A DNA stretch of 64,000 nt from a virus. Below the pieces are notes generated by a model that was not told the origin of the DNA, did not search any database, and saw only the letters and a program-made list of their open reading frames with translations. Shown here one piece after another: positions 37,200-46,621 of the stretch (its first letter is position 1; each line of letters begins with the position of its first letter). The stretch is from positions 64,001 to 128,000 of IMG/VR virus record IMGVR_UViG_3300043449_002688. The stretch is one strand, 5' to 3'. The position numbers and the translations under genes were made by a program.

Positions 37200-37415
37200 A
37201 TGGCAATGGGTATATTAAAATATAAACTGCCGGAAGAAAAATCAGAATTTGAATTGGCTCAAGCTGCCGGAGGTCTTTATTCAGATATTTATACCTTTGA
37301 ACAGTGGCTTCGTTCAGTATGGAAATATTCAGACAAAAAAGAGCTTACAGTTCAAGAAATTCGTGATAAATTTTACGAAGTAATGCAAACGTATCAAAAC
37401 ATAGAAGAAGATTAA
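37200..37415 (+). CDS. hypothetical phage protein
   Basis: AGGAG RBS; L.Y.LPEE..EF..A pattern common in phage ORFs. Confidence 0.7.
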   Translation: MAMGILKYKLPEEKSEFELAQAAGGLYSDIYTFEQWLRSVWKYSDKKELTVQEIRDKFYEVMQTYQNIEED

Positions 37416-37487
37416 AAGGTGTTGATATGAACGGTGTATTGGTGTTATTATTAGTAGTGTTAATCCTCATCTCTCTATCTGACTAAG

Positions 37488-37721
37488 GTGGTAAGTATGA
37501 AGCAAGGTTGGGTTCTTATTAATTGGACTGGCAATCGTTGGGTTACTAATGGGCCAAAAGTTTATGAGGACTTAAACGAAGCTAAATACGAAGCTAAGCA
37601 AGCTGAATTGCCGTACACAAGAACTCTACATATTACTTGGTTAGATTGCCTGGAAGAATGGCCTGAACCTGACTTTTTCCAAAAACTAGAAAAAGAAAGA
37701 TTAATCAATGAAAAAGAATAA
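37488..37721 (+). CDS. hypothetical protein
   Basis: ORF with probable ATG at 37497. Confidence 0.55.
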   Translation: MVSMKQGWVLINWTGNRWVTNGPKVYEDLNEAKYEAKQAELPYTRTLHITWLDCLEEWPEPDFFQKLEKERLINEKE

Positions 37722-37881
37722 TGTTTATTACATGTCTGCTTTTATTAGCCAAACTCGTGAAATGGCAGTAAAACATTCCTCTCTTTTGAAAAACATAAAA
37801 GACTATGCTGAGACTGGCGAAAACAAATATTTGGATAAATCTAAAATGCGCAAACCTAATGGGTCTTTACCTAAGCGCTAA
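37708..37881 (+). CDS. hypothetical 57-aa basic protein (not in ORF track)
   Basis: MKKNNVYYMSAFISQ...; 14-nt overlap with previous gene. Confidence 0.5.
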   Translation: MKKNNVYYMSAFISQTREMAVKHSSLLKNIKDYAETGENKYLDKSKMRKPNGSLPKR

Positions 37882-37939
37882 TATTTATCTTACGCAAATG
37901 CCGTAAGATTTTACGCAATCTTAATAAAACAATTTAATT

Positions 37940-37981
37940 TACAATCCCTTGCAGATGGATTTGCGAGGGTTGTACCCTTTT
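37940..37981 (+). terminator. hairpin / probable terminator
   Basis: TACAA-T-CCCTTGCAGA / TTTGCGAGGG-TTGTA stem with G.U pairs, T run shortly after. Confidence 0.55.
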
Positions 37982-38002
37982 GATACGTTCATAAAAATAT
38001 AT

Positions 38003-38031
38003 TTGCAAAAGTTACACAGCAATCATATACT
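38003..38031 (+). promoter_or_regulatory. sigma70-type promoter
   Basis: TTGCAA-17 nt-TATACT upstream of AGGAGG RBS. Confidence 0.6.
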
Positions 38032-38059
38032 GATTATGCACTAACCAAAAGGAGGAATT

Positions 38060-38341
38060 ATGCGTATCGCTCTAGACAATAATTGCCCAAGCTGTGTAAT
38101 TAAAAAACTAGAAAAAAATGGCCACACTGTAGTTTTATATGCTAGACATGAAATGGATGAAGATTGGGTAAGTACAGCTCTTTCTCTTGGCGCAGATCTA
38201 TTTATATCAAATGATCTAGATATCGTTAATATGCTTGATCGTTGGAATGAATCAGCAGCTTTCATTGAGTTGCCTCAACGAGTATCTGGCTACAGACTTT
38301 CAGAATGGATTGTCAAACAAGTAAAACTTTTGGCTGCATAA
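38060..38341 (+). CDS. PIN-like domain protein (DUF5615/Mut7-C type)
   Basis: MRIALDNNCP..V...L...GH.V....DEDW...A......ISND pattern. Confidence 0.7.
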   Translation: MRIALDNNCPSCVIKKLEKNGHTVVLYARHEMDEDWVSTALSLGADLFISNDLDIVNMLDRWNESAAFIELPQRVSGYRLSEWIVKQVKLLAA

Positions 38342-38436
38342 TAATTGTCTTGTTTTGATATAATTGTAAAAATATAATTGTTTTTGAAATAAAAGTATAA
38401 TAATATAAATAAAGAACACAAACAGAGGAGTTTAGA

Positions 38437-39387
38437 ATGGCACATGAAGTAGAAAATATGATGTACGTTGGTTCACGCCCTTGGCATGGTCTTGGCCGCG
38501 CTTTCGAGGTTCCACCTACGTTAGAAGAGGCTATCATTGCTGCTGGACTCAACTGGAATGTCGGTCTGAGAAAGTTACAGACTGTAGACACTATGGAAGC
38601 TGTTTCAGCTATGGCGACTTACCGAGAGACCGATAACCGTATCCTTGGGGTAGTAGGCCCTAATTATCGCCCGCTGCAGAACTCAGAAGCTTTTGATTTC
38701 TTCCGTCCGTTTATTGATGCTAACGAAGCTTCAATTGAGACTGCAGGCTCTTTGCGTGATGGTCAACGAGTGTTTGTTTTAGCTAAAATTAACCGTGACC
38801 CAATGGTTGTAAAAGGTAATGACGTAGTAGACAAATACGTTCTACTTTCTAACTCACATGATGGCACTTTGGCCGTTAGAGTTGGGTTTACGCCAATCCG
38901 AGTAGTTTGCAATAATACTTTGACTTTGGCTCATAACGACAAAGCATCAAGACTACTTCGCGTCAAGCATAGTGGTAATTTGGTACAAAACTTGGAAAAA
39001 ATCCAAGAAGTAATGAACTTGGCTAACGCTGAGTTTGAAGCTACTGCAGAACAGTACAGAGTTTTGGCTTCTAAGCAAATTAGCTCGCAAGATCTGGAAA
39101 AGTACGTTAAAATCGTATTTGCCCAGAAAAAGACTCTGGAAGAAAAGTCTGTAGAAGAAATTAATTCACGAGTTATTAGCAGCGTACTTCCTTTGTTTGA
39201 GCAAGGTCGTGGAAACGACATGCAAGAGATTAAAGGCACTTACTGGGCTGCGTACAATGCAGTAAATGAATACCTTCAATATGAGCGTGGAGAAACAGAG
39301 CAAAGCCGATTTGACAGCTTGTGGTTTGGTTCTTCTGCACAGTTGAACAAAAAAGCTTTGGAAACAGCTTTGATAATGGCTGCTTAA
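38437..39387 (+). CDS. DUF932-family phage/plasmid protein (TIGR03299-like)
   Basis: MAHEVE, PWHGLG, Y.PLQNSEAFDFF, ETAGSL..G, NSHDG, TPIRVVCNNTL, GTYWAAYNAV.EY. Confidence 0.9.
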   Translation: MAHEVENMMYVGSRPWHGLGRAFEVPPTLEEAIIAAGLNWNVGLRKLQTVDTMEAVSAMATYRETDNRILGVVGPNYRPLQNSEAFDFFRPFIDANEASIETAGSLRDGQRVFVLAKINRDPMVVKGNDVVDKYVLLSNSHDGTLAVRVGFTPIRVVCNNTLTLAHNDKASRLLRVKHSGNLVQNLEKIQEVMNLANAEFEATAEQYRVLASKQISSQDLEKYVKIVFAQKKTLEEKSVEEINSRVISSVLPLFEQGRGNDMQEIKGTYWAAYNAVNEYLQYERGETEQSRFDSLWFGSSAQLNKKALETALIMAA

Positions 39388-39459
39388 TTAATTGATTTTT
39401 AAAATGTGATGGATTACACTAAACCCATGGATGGGTTTTTAATTAATGAGGTAAAAAAA

Positions 39460-39651
39460 ATGAGCGATAAGGTTCCAGATTTTAATCCAGAAGATGCAGT
39501 TGAACTAAGCGAACAGGAATCGGCTGCATTTGGAAATTTAGTTAAACAAATGGATGAAGCTATGAAAGCTGGCGATGATGAGCTTTTGGTATCATTGAGA
39601 GGTCAAATGGACGAGTTCTTCAAGCAAGTTTCTGAAAGCAGAACAAAGTAA
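39460..39651 (+). CDS. small acidic helical protein
   Basis: GAGGT RBS, ATG 39460; QMDEAMKAGDDELLVSLR. Confidence 0.65.
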   Translation: MSDKVPDFNPEDAVELSEQESAAFGNLVKQMDEAMKAGDDELLVSLRGQMDEFFKQVSESRTK

Positions 39652-39697
39652 TATGGCTAAACGCGCCTTTGAAGTTTCTTCTGTTTTCGGAGTTTTC

Positions 39698-39892
39698 ATG
39701 GGGAAAGTTATTTCATTGGATGAGTTTAAACGCCTCAAGGAACGAGGCGAATCTATTCAGAAGCTACTAAAAATAGCCATGGAAGCGGCGGAGAACGGTA
39801 ACGAAGAGCTACTTTTGGCCATGGAAGATGAGCTAGAAGAATTATTAGAATTAGAATTAGAATTAAATTTAATTAAAGACAAGGATGAATAA
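39698..39892 (+). CDS. small acidic helical protein, similar to the preceding one
   Basis: GGAG RBS, ATG 39698; GKVISLDEFK start; AMEAAENGNEELLLAM. Confidence 0.65.
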   Translation: MGKVISLDEFKRLKERGESIQKLLKIAMEAAENGNEELLLAMEDELEELLELELELNLIKDKDE

Positions 39893-39967
39893 CAGGGAGC
39901 AAGGAAGCTCCCGTTGTAAGCATTTAGCAGGACGCTATTTTGAGCAGGACGCTCAGTGCTTATGGTT

Positions 39968-39996
39968 CCCCAGCTCCGTAAAAAGAGCTGGGTTTT
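39968..39996 (+). terminator. intrinsic terminator
   Basis: CCCAGCTC / GAGCTGGG then TTTTT. Confidence 0.85.
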
Positions 39997-40001
39997 TATT
40001 T

Positions 40002-43000
40002 TTAATTTGAAATTAAACTAACTGTAATATCTGCTGTAGGGTCAACAATGTAAGCTTTTTCAAATGCAGCAACTGGTATTAGATCATTTGCAGAAGAGTA
40101 GGACGGAGAAGTTACAGCTACTGCTACAACGCCAGGAATATAGTTGGCTGCAGATACCATTTCGCTGATAGAAACAGATTGACCTACTCCAAGAGCATTA
40201 ACATAACCAGCAATTGCAGCTTTTACGTTTTCTCTAATTTCAGAGAAAGGTACTCCAGTTTTAACTCGAACTGTAAATGCAGCAGTAATTCTACGAACAA
40301 TTGCTTGTTTAATATCAATGTCAGTACCTGCTGCCCTAACACCAGGATAAGTTAATGGATCTGATGAATCGCCATAAATAATACGGTTAAGCTCTTTAAC
40401 AAGACCTTGATAATAAATATAAGAATCTATACCAAAATTAAGCGATTGATTAAATCCAAGCTTTCCAGATACAGACAATGTTGCACCTAAAGAAGCACTG
40501 ACTTTATCCATCAGTTCTGGGGTATTAAAAAGAACTGTAGCTTGAGAAGCATTGGTCGGTCCAACTGCAAAGACTTTTTTGTATAAAGTTATCGGATCTT
40601 TTTCTTCTACATTTACATTTAAATATTCTCCGCCCAATGCAGCAGAAATGCTTTGGTTGAAAGTAGGAGATATGTAAATTCTACTAGGAGTTGGGAATGG
40701 AGTGTTATTATCTGCAGGTCCCAATACTGTATATCTGCCATAGTTTTGTGGACTCAAAATGTTTGTAGCAATATTTAAAACATCTCCTGGCATAACTGAA
40801 TCGTATGAATAAAAATTGATATTGTTTACGTCGCCAACTTGAGCAATTTCTTCTACGCCATTGTCGTTTTTAATCCAGAAGGCATTTCCAAACACTCGAA
40901 CAACTTGGAAAGTTCCTAGATTGCCTTTGTTGAATTCGCGCTTTTCCCAATAAGTGCTATTTGCAGCATCAGGAAGATTGCCAATATTTCCGTTAACGAG
41001 AGAAGCATAGATAGTTCCAGCATAGAAAACTCTTTGATCAACTGCATAAGTAGTAGAATTAGACCAATCAGTTGTAGCGTTTTCTTCTGAAATTCTTACC
41101 CAATCACCTTCTTTTACTCCGCCAGCTAGCAAACCAAGAGAACTTCCAGCGATTGGAATATAAGCCATGAAGTCGCCATGTTTTTCTATCTTAAACTTAA
41201 CAGTAGTATTTAGAGTAATAGTGCGTTTAGTCTGGAAAGTACCAGGACCAGTGATATCGACCCATCCTCCGGCGTTATTTAAAGAAAGGGTTGTTGTGGT
41301 GTCAAACCCAAGAGATTTGTTTTGTCGAACTGTATTTTTTATAGTTACCCATTGATTAGGCAACAAACCTTTTTTAGTTTCAAAAGGTACTTGTATTGCA
41401 CCAAGTTTATTGTTAACTTTTCGGCCTGAGCCTGAAGTAGCGATTTCAACTCTATTAGAAGTTCCACCAGCAATTTGAATGCTGCCAGTTGTACCAAATG
41501 TTTTAGTAGAAATCTGTAATTGCTTTCCGTATTTTGAAAGATTAATATTAGCTACATTTGAAAGACCAGTAACTGATAGTTTATTCCAAAACCTAACAAG
41601 TTGTTCAGATGTAACTGCTACAAGTCTAATTTCTTCGCCAATTTCAGGCTCTGTTACCCAAGATTTTTTAACCTGGAACATTGGGTCATATTGAGCGGCA
41701 GCAAGGTTAGTAGTTTTGATCGAGTTTTCGCCATCGCTCATCATTAAATATTTAGTTGAACCGATTACAGTTCCAACAATAGTATTCGTAGAACTGCTCG
41801 TAGCAATTATTGAAGATTGAGTCTCTATAATGTTTTTAGCTAAAGCAGGGTCATAATAAGAATCTATAACCACATAGCTGCCACTATAAGATTGATAAGA
41901 AGGTGTGGCTATTGTTATCTTAATATCTGCTCCTTTTGGAAGCAGAGTATTTGTTGCAAATCTTACAAATCTAGAGCTAGATCTAATGTAGAGATTTGTA
42001 ACCGTAGTGCTTATGTATCCGCTAGAAAGTAATATATCTTCAGTAGAAAGATCTATTATATCTTCTGTCGTTCCATCAGGGCCGATTTCTGCCAAAGCTC
42101 TATTTGGTAAATAAGTTGCTACATAATCTACTATATCTTGAGCTGTAGTGTTACATGAACCAAACTGTAGGTTTTCGTCAGCTTGCCCGCCTAAACATCT
42201 AGCTAGATAACCTTGATCTACACATTCACCGTAAGTACCTCCAGTAGCCGAAGCATTTCCACCAACTGGGTAAGTAAATGTAAACATGCTTGAGTTGTAA
42301 GTATTTACTGTAAAAGTTCCATTCAAAGATTCAACAGTAGTTTGCCAGTAAGCAGTTGCAGAACTTGGTATGTTGTTTGTGTTGCTTGCCTGTAATGAGA
42401 TATAAGTTTGGCCTAAATATTCAACTAAATCATTAACTCCATAAGTTGTAGCACTACTCCAATCCGCCAAATCACTATTACTAATACGAACAATATCTCC
42501 AACTAATAGACCTACAGTTGAAGCTGTATTAACTGTAACAGTATTACCTACTTTAGTAATAGAAGTAATATTTGTTAGCGCAGAAGGTGCTTTAGATTGG
42601 AAGTCTACTCGTCCAGTGTTAATGCTTCCAGCAGTAGATCCAGGTTTAATGTACTGAAATTGATTTGTTCCCAAAACTCTATAAACTGCAGTTAATCCAT
42701 TATAAGGAGTGCCTGCATTTGAGACTAAAATAACATTTCCTTCGCTTAAATTATGGGCCGTAGAAGTTGTAATAGTTACAAGATTGTTGGAATGAACACC
42801 GTAAGTAATGTTACTTCCAATTCCTAAACTAGGAGCTTTAACTGTGAACTTAGTTGAGTTTACTATACTGTCAATAGCATAAGTTCCATTAATTGGGCTA
42901 TTAATTCCATCAGAAAGTACAGTGCCTGCTAAGCCAATTCTTTGTCCTTTTATAGCATTGTGAGCAGCAGTTGTTTCTACAGTAATAACCCCATTTTTAT

Positions 43001-46000
43001 TTTCTAAGCTAGTAAAGTATAATTTATCAGAAACATAATCGCCAGTTGGAACTTCAACAGTAAATGAAGTTGGGGTAACATTTGTAACTTTACCTGTAAT
43101 ATTTTTATTAGCAGCTAAGAAATCCGTTGTTCCGATATTAACGACATCGCCTACATGAACTTCTGCTGCGCCAACGTCAAATCCAGTGAATGTACCTACT
43201 TCATAAGTAAAGGTAAGAATATCTTTTGCTCCGCTAGTAGTTTTTTCTATAGTAAAGGCTGTAGTATTATCCCAATTTGGAAGTCTTGGCTCTACGATTG
43301 GTAATGTAATGGCTAAATCAATTACTTCTGAAGCAGTAAGAGTATGAGTAAGTCCGGTTACATCGTTTGATTTAGGGTAAATAAAGCCTACTCGCATTTT
43401 ATTGCCAGAAGGACCAAAGTCTGCTGCCTTCATCTTCAAGCTAAAAGTATCTCCTGTAAGATTTACATTTGCTTGTCTAAATACTTTAAAGTTATCAAAA
43501 ACAAATCCATTAAAAGAAGATGGACTGTTTAAGGGTAAGTTTGATTCTAAGTCTGTTGCTGAAAAATCTTGTTGCGTAGGAGCTGAATTACCTGATACTA
43601 AAAGTTTACGTGAAACTGGTAAAGTATAAGTTTTAACTTGAGCGTCTTGATCGGCAACAACTAAAGAAGAATCTTCAGAATCAAATTTATAAGAAGACCT
43701 TAAGAAATACCTGTCAGAACTTTGTATATATGATCTTTTAGCAAAATTAGGTAAATTACTGTTATATGTACTAGGAACCAAATTTGGATTTAAATATGAA
43801 GGTGGTAAATAATTCAAATAATTATTAGCATCGTTATATTCAACTGCAAAAATCCTTTCATTTTTATTGCTTTCAGGAATAATAGTTTCAGTTGTAGTAT
43901 TATTTTTTGGAACTATTTCCAAGAAGTCTGCTTCATCTCCACCTAAATTTTTGTAATTAGAAACAGTAATAGTTGTTCCGTCAATTCCAGTCCCAAGCGT
44001 ACCATATGTAAATGACGGAAACCCAACTTCAGAATCTGTTTTTGCCACAAATCCGTAATGTGATGGGATGTTTTTTCTAGCCACATTTAATGGTAAGTTC
44101 AATGCTTGTCCGCCTTGATCCATTGCTGCTATAAAAATTTCACCATTTGAATCTAAACTTATTGTAGAAAATCTAATTTTAGAGCCAATGATTTCTGCAT
44201 CTACTCCAGATAGCTGTATTTTTGTTTCATTAATAAAATCAACTAATGACCCTGGAGTAAAGTTAAGCTCTTGCATAGGGGCAGAAGATCTAATGATAGC
44301 TATTCGGTTTGTATTAACAGTAACAGAGCCAGAAATTGGGCGAGAAACTGCACCGTCATCAACAATAATTTGACCTAATGAAGCTTCTTCTATTCTCCAG
44401 AATCCTTGAAAATTTTTTAAAACAGTTGGATCATCTGGATTAGCCCAAACTAATAACCAATCATTTTTTTCTGCTAGATCAAATCCTTCAGGAGAACCGC
44501 CCAATGATTCAGAATTAATAGTAAGTTTTGTTCCTGATTTACTAAAAGTAAGAGTAGAATTTATATTTAATTTATTTGGAATATTTACACTATCGCCATC
44601 CATCAAAAACCATATTCTACCATAAGAAGAAATACCATTTAAAGGTGCGCTAGTTACATTTCCTCTTGCGTATTGAGACCCAGCAGTAATTTTGTCTTTT
44701 GGTTCTAATGGAATAGTAAATCCGATTTGCCCAGTTTGTTTGTTAAGAGTAAAATCTGATTGTTGGCCTGTTGAGCTTAAATCTGCTTCAGCATTAAAGA
44801 TTTGAGGTAAGAGTGTTCCGCCTGTAAAAAGTAAAGAAGCTTCACTGCTAACTCCTCTGGCAGAAGTAAATGCCAATCTCTCACCTACTATTGTTGTAAT
44901 AACCCCAGGCATTTTAGCGTTAAATACTTTAGCCCAAGTTTCCAGAGAAGTTGTTGATGAAACAGAAGCTTGTGGATCAATTTTTTGAAAATCTACGTTA
45001 TTAAATGTAACTGTAATTTCTTCTGTATTATCTACAATATAAGAAAGAGTTACACCGGCTGAAATACCTACTAACCAATCTGATTTTAAATTAGTATAAA
45101 TTCTAGCAACTTTGCCATCTTGGAATAAAGGTATGTCATTTTTATAAAGTCTGATTGTTAAAATTTCTTCTTTTGGAAAATTAAAGATGTCGTTAGCATC
45201 TTCGCCTTGTGTATAATCTACAACTTTAATTGAGTTAACGTCTCTGTCTCTTGGATAAAGTGCTAGGCTAGTTCCACCATTTAATGTAGCAGCGTTAAAG
45301 TTTAGTGAAGTATTTCCATTAATACTGGACATAACTTCAAAACAAGTTGCAGAACTTGGTACTGTAAAGTCTGCAATATTAAAATTATGCACAGTTTGAA
45401 CGCCGTTTATTTCTACTGCTAAAGAAGGTGAGTTTTCTAAATTATAAGGACCTGGAGTATAATTTTGTACAGTAGCTTGAGCGATTGGTTTTTGTCGAAG
45501 CTGAACTTCTATTTCTCCACCTACAGCTTCATCTACTACCGTTTCAAATTTTGAACCAACAAAATTAGGCTCGTATCCAGTTCCGTCATCAAATATTAAT
45601 GCTGCTGTAGAATCAGGATATTCAATTACTTTTGCTGAAGCGACTTTTTTTAGCTCATCTTTAGCGATTACTCCAATTGAATAATATTCAATTGCAGAAA
45701 TAATGCCTTTTGCTTTTGCTTGTTCATAGCTTTTAATTCTAGCTCTAATATCGTCATCAGTATCAGCATCTTTACCGTTAATAAATGCATTTTCGTTAAA
45801 AATAGAAGCAGAGAAAGACATTCCAACAGCTTCTTTAATTGCACCGCGAGGTACATTCCCTGATGTTCCTGGTTGTTCACATTTTACAGGAACATTCGTT
45901 ATGGTAGTTTCTCCATCAATGATTGTAACTTTTGTAGTTGTTTTAAATACAGAAGGACTACCATTAACATCAGGTGCAGTTCTAACAGAAGCTCCTACAT

Positions 46001-46577
46001 TAATAATTCTATTTCCGCCTTGAGCTAAAACTACAGCCTCTCCAATATTATGAAATTTAGTAGTAGGAGAAGTTGGGGCAAGGTTAATAGACCAGAAAGC
46101 GCCGCCTGATTCAGGTTGTGCGCTTATGTAATCTAAAGGACCTTCAGAGTTAGCTGTTCCGCGTCCTATGTAAATTTTTCCAGTAGGACTAAAAGTAGAT
46201 GCATCAGAAACGTATATAACAGATGAGCCAGCAATTGGAGCTGGTTGACCTGAATAAACTCTAGTGCTTCTTTTTTGAAAAGATGTATCTGTAATAGTTA
46301 CTTGGCCAGTAGCTGCAGTTGCGGCAAAAATTGGCACTTTTTTATCAGAAGCCAATCTTTGTAAAGCTTCACCACTAGCTCGATCTACTGAAAGAGCATC
46401 GATCATCCCAATCATGTCTGCCGAAGCCTTGAACATATTTTGAGAAATTGCTTCTATAAGCTGAGCAAGAACTGAACTTTGGTTAAGGTCAATATCTTTT
46501 CTAAGTCTCGCAAGAATTCCGTCAATTAAATCGCCTGCAATTTGTTCTTTAGACCGTAGCTGTGGAATTTCAGACAT
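40002..46577 (-). CDS. giant baseplate J/gp47-like wedge protein with inserted beta and carbohydrate-binding-like modules
   Basis: ASGEALQRLA, AATGQVTI, C..PGTSGNVP.GAI, NGKDADTDDDIRAR at the N-terminus; YVNALGVGQSV.ISE....IPGV at the C-terminus; two W...TTY..D.V.Y.G..Y modules. Confidence 0.85.
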   Translation of the reverse strand: MSEIPQLRSKEQIAGDLIDGILARLRKDIDLNQSSVLAQLIEAISQNMFKASADMIGMIDALSVDRASGEALQRLASDKKVPIFAATAATGQVTITDTSFQKRSTRVYSGQPAPIAGSSVIYVSDASTFSPTGKIYIGRGTANSEGPLDYISAQPESGGAFWSINLAPTSPTTKFHNIGEAVVLAQGGNRIINVGASVRTAPDVNGSPSVFKTTTKVTIIDGETTITNVPVKCEQPGTSGNVPRGAIKEAVGMSFSASIFNENAFINGKDADTDDDIRARIKSYEQAKAKGIISAIEYYSIGVIAKDELKKVASAKVIEYPDSTAALIFDDGTGYEPNFVGSKFETVVDEAVGGEIEVQLRQKPIAQATVQNYTPGPYNLENSPSLAVEINGVQTVHNFNIADFTVPSSATCFEVMSSINGNTSLNFNAATLNGGTSLALYPRDRDVNSIKVVDYTQGEDANDIFNFPKEEILTIRLYKNDIPLFQDGKVARIYTNLKSDWLVGISAGVTLSYIVDNTEEITVTFNNVDFQKIDPQASVSSTTSLETWAKVFNAKMPGVITTIVGERLAFTSARGVSSEASLLFTGGTLLPQIFNAEADLSSTGQQSDFTLNKQTGQIGFTIPLEPKDKITAGSQYARGNVTSAPLNGISSYGRIWFLMDGDSVNIPNKLNINSTLTFSKSGTKLTINSESLGGSPEGFDLAEKNDWLLVWANPDDPTVLKNFQGFWRIEEASLGQIIVDDGAVSRPISGSVTVNTNRIAIIRSSAPMQELNFTPGSLVDFINETKIQLSGVDAEIIGSKIRFSTISLDSNGEIFIAAMDQGGQALNLPLNVARKNIPSHYGFVAKTDSEVGFPSFTYGTLGTGIDGTTITVSNYKNLGGDEADFLEIVPKNNTTTETIIPESNKNERIFAVEYNDANNYLNYLPPSYLNPNLVPSTYNSNLPNFAKRSYIQSSDRYFLRSSYKFDSEDSSLVVADQDAQVKTYTLPVSRKLLVSGNSAPTQQDFSATDLESNLPLNSPSSFNGFVFDNFKVFRQANVNLTGDTFSLKMKAADFGPSGNKMRVGFIYPKSNDVTGLTHTLTASEVIDLAITLPIVEPRLPNWDNTTAFTIEKTTSGAKDILTFTYEVGTFTGFDVGAAEVHVGDVVNIGTTDFLAANKNITGKVTNVTPTSFTVEVPTGDYVSDKLYFTSLENKNGVITVETTAAHNAIKGQRIGLAGTVLSDGINSPINGTYAIDSIVNSTKFTVKAPSLGIGSNITYGVHSNNLVTITTSTAHNLSEGNVILVSNAGTPYNGLTAVYRVLGTNQFQYIKPGSTAGSINTGRVDFQSKAPSALTNITSITKVGNTVTVNTASTVGLLVGDIVRISNSDLADWSSATTYGVNDLVEYLGQTYISLQASNTNNIPSSATAYWQTTVESLNGTFTVNTYNSSMFTFTYPVGGNASATGGTYGECVDQGYLARCLGGQADENLQFGSCNTTAQDIVDYVATYLPNRALAEIGPDGTTEDIIDLSTEDILLSSGYISTTVTNLYIRSSSRFVRFATNTLLPKGADIKITIATPSYQSYSGSYVVIDSYYDPALAKNIIETQSSIIATSSSTNTIVGTVIGSTKYLMMSDGENSIKTTNLAAAQYDPMFQVKKSWVTEPEIGEEIRLVAVTSEQLVRFWNKLSVTGLSNVANINLSKYGKQLQISTKTFGTTGSIQIAGGTSNRVEIATSGSGRKVNNKLGAIQVPFETKKGLLPNQWVTIKNTVRQNKSLGFDTTTTLSLNNAGGWVDITGPGTFQTKRTITLNTTVKFKIEKHGDFMAYIPIAGSSLGLLAGGVKEGDWVRISEENATTDWSNSTTYAVDQRVFYAGTIYASLVNGNIGNLPDAANSTYWEKREFNKGNLGTFQVVRVFGNAFWIKNDNGVEEIAQVGDVNNINFYSYDSVMPGDVLNIATNILSPQNYGRYTVLGPADNNTPFPTPSRIYISPTFNQSISAALGGEYLNVNVEEKDPITLYKKVFAVGPTNASQATVLFNTPELMDKVSASLGATLSVSGKLGFNQSLNFGIDSYIYYQGLVKELNRIIYGDSSDPLTYPGVRAAGTDIDIKQAIVRRITAAFTVRVKTGVPFSEIRENVKAAIAGYVNALGVGQSVSISEMVSAANYIPGVVAVAVTSPSYSSANDLIPVAAFEKAYIVDPTADITVSLISN

Positions 46578-46612
46578 AAGCCTCTCGTTTTAATTTAGTG
46601 TGGAATACTAAA

Positions 46613-46621
46613 AAGATTAGG
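46613..46621 (-). promoter_or_regulatory. putative late promoter motif
   Basis: CCTAATCTT about 36 nt upstream of baseplate J ATG. Confidence 0.65.

Larger units (their letters stand above)
39405..39996 (+). ncRNA. candidate CsrA/RsmA-sequestering RNA (CsrB/RsmZ-like), overlapping two small ORFs
   Basis: Six hairpins with GGA in the loop plus further ANGGA/CAGGA sites, ending in an intrinsic terminator. Confidence 0.7.

Noticed and set aside
39406-39459. GTG start of the 81-aa ORF in the track
   Set aside because: No RBS; region forms the GGA hairpins; ATG 39460 has a GAGGT RBS
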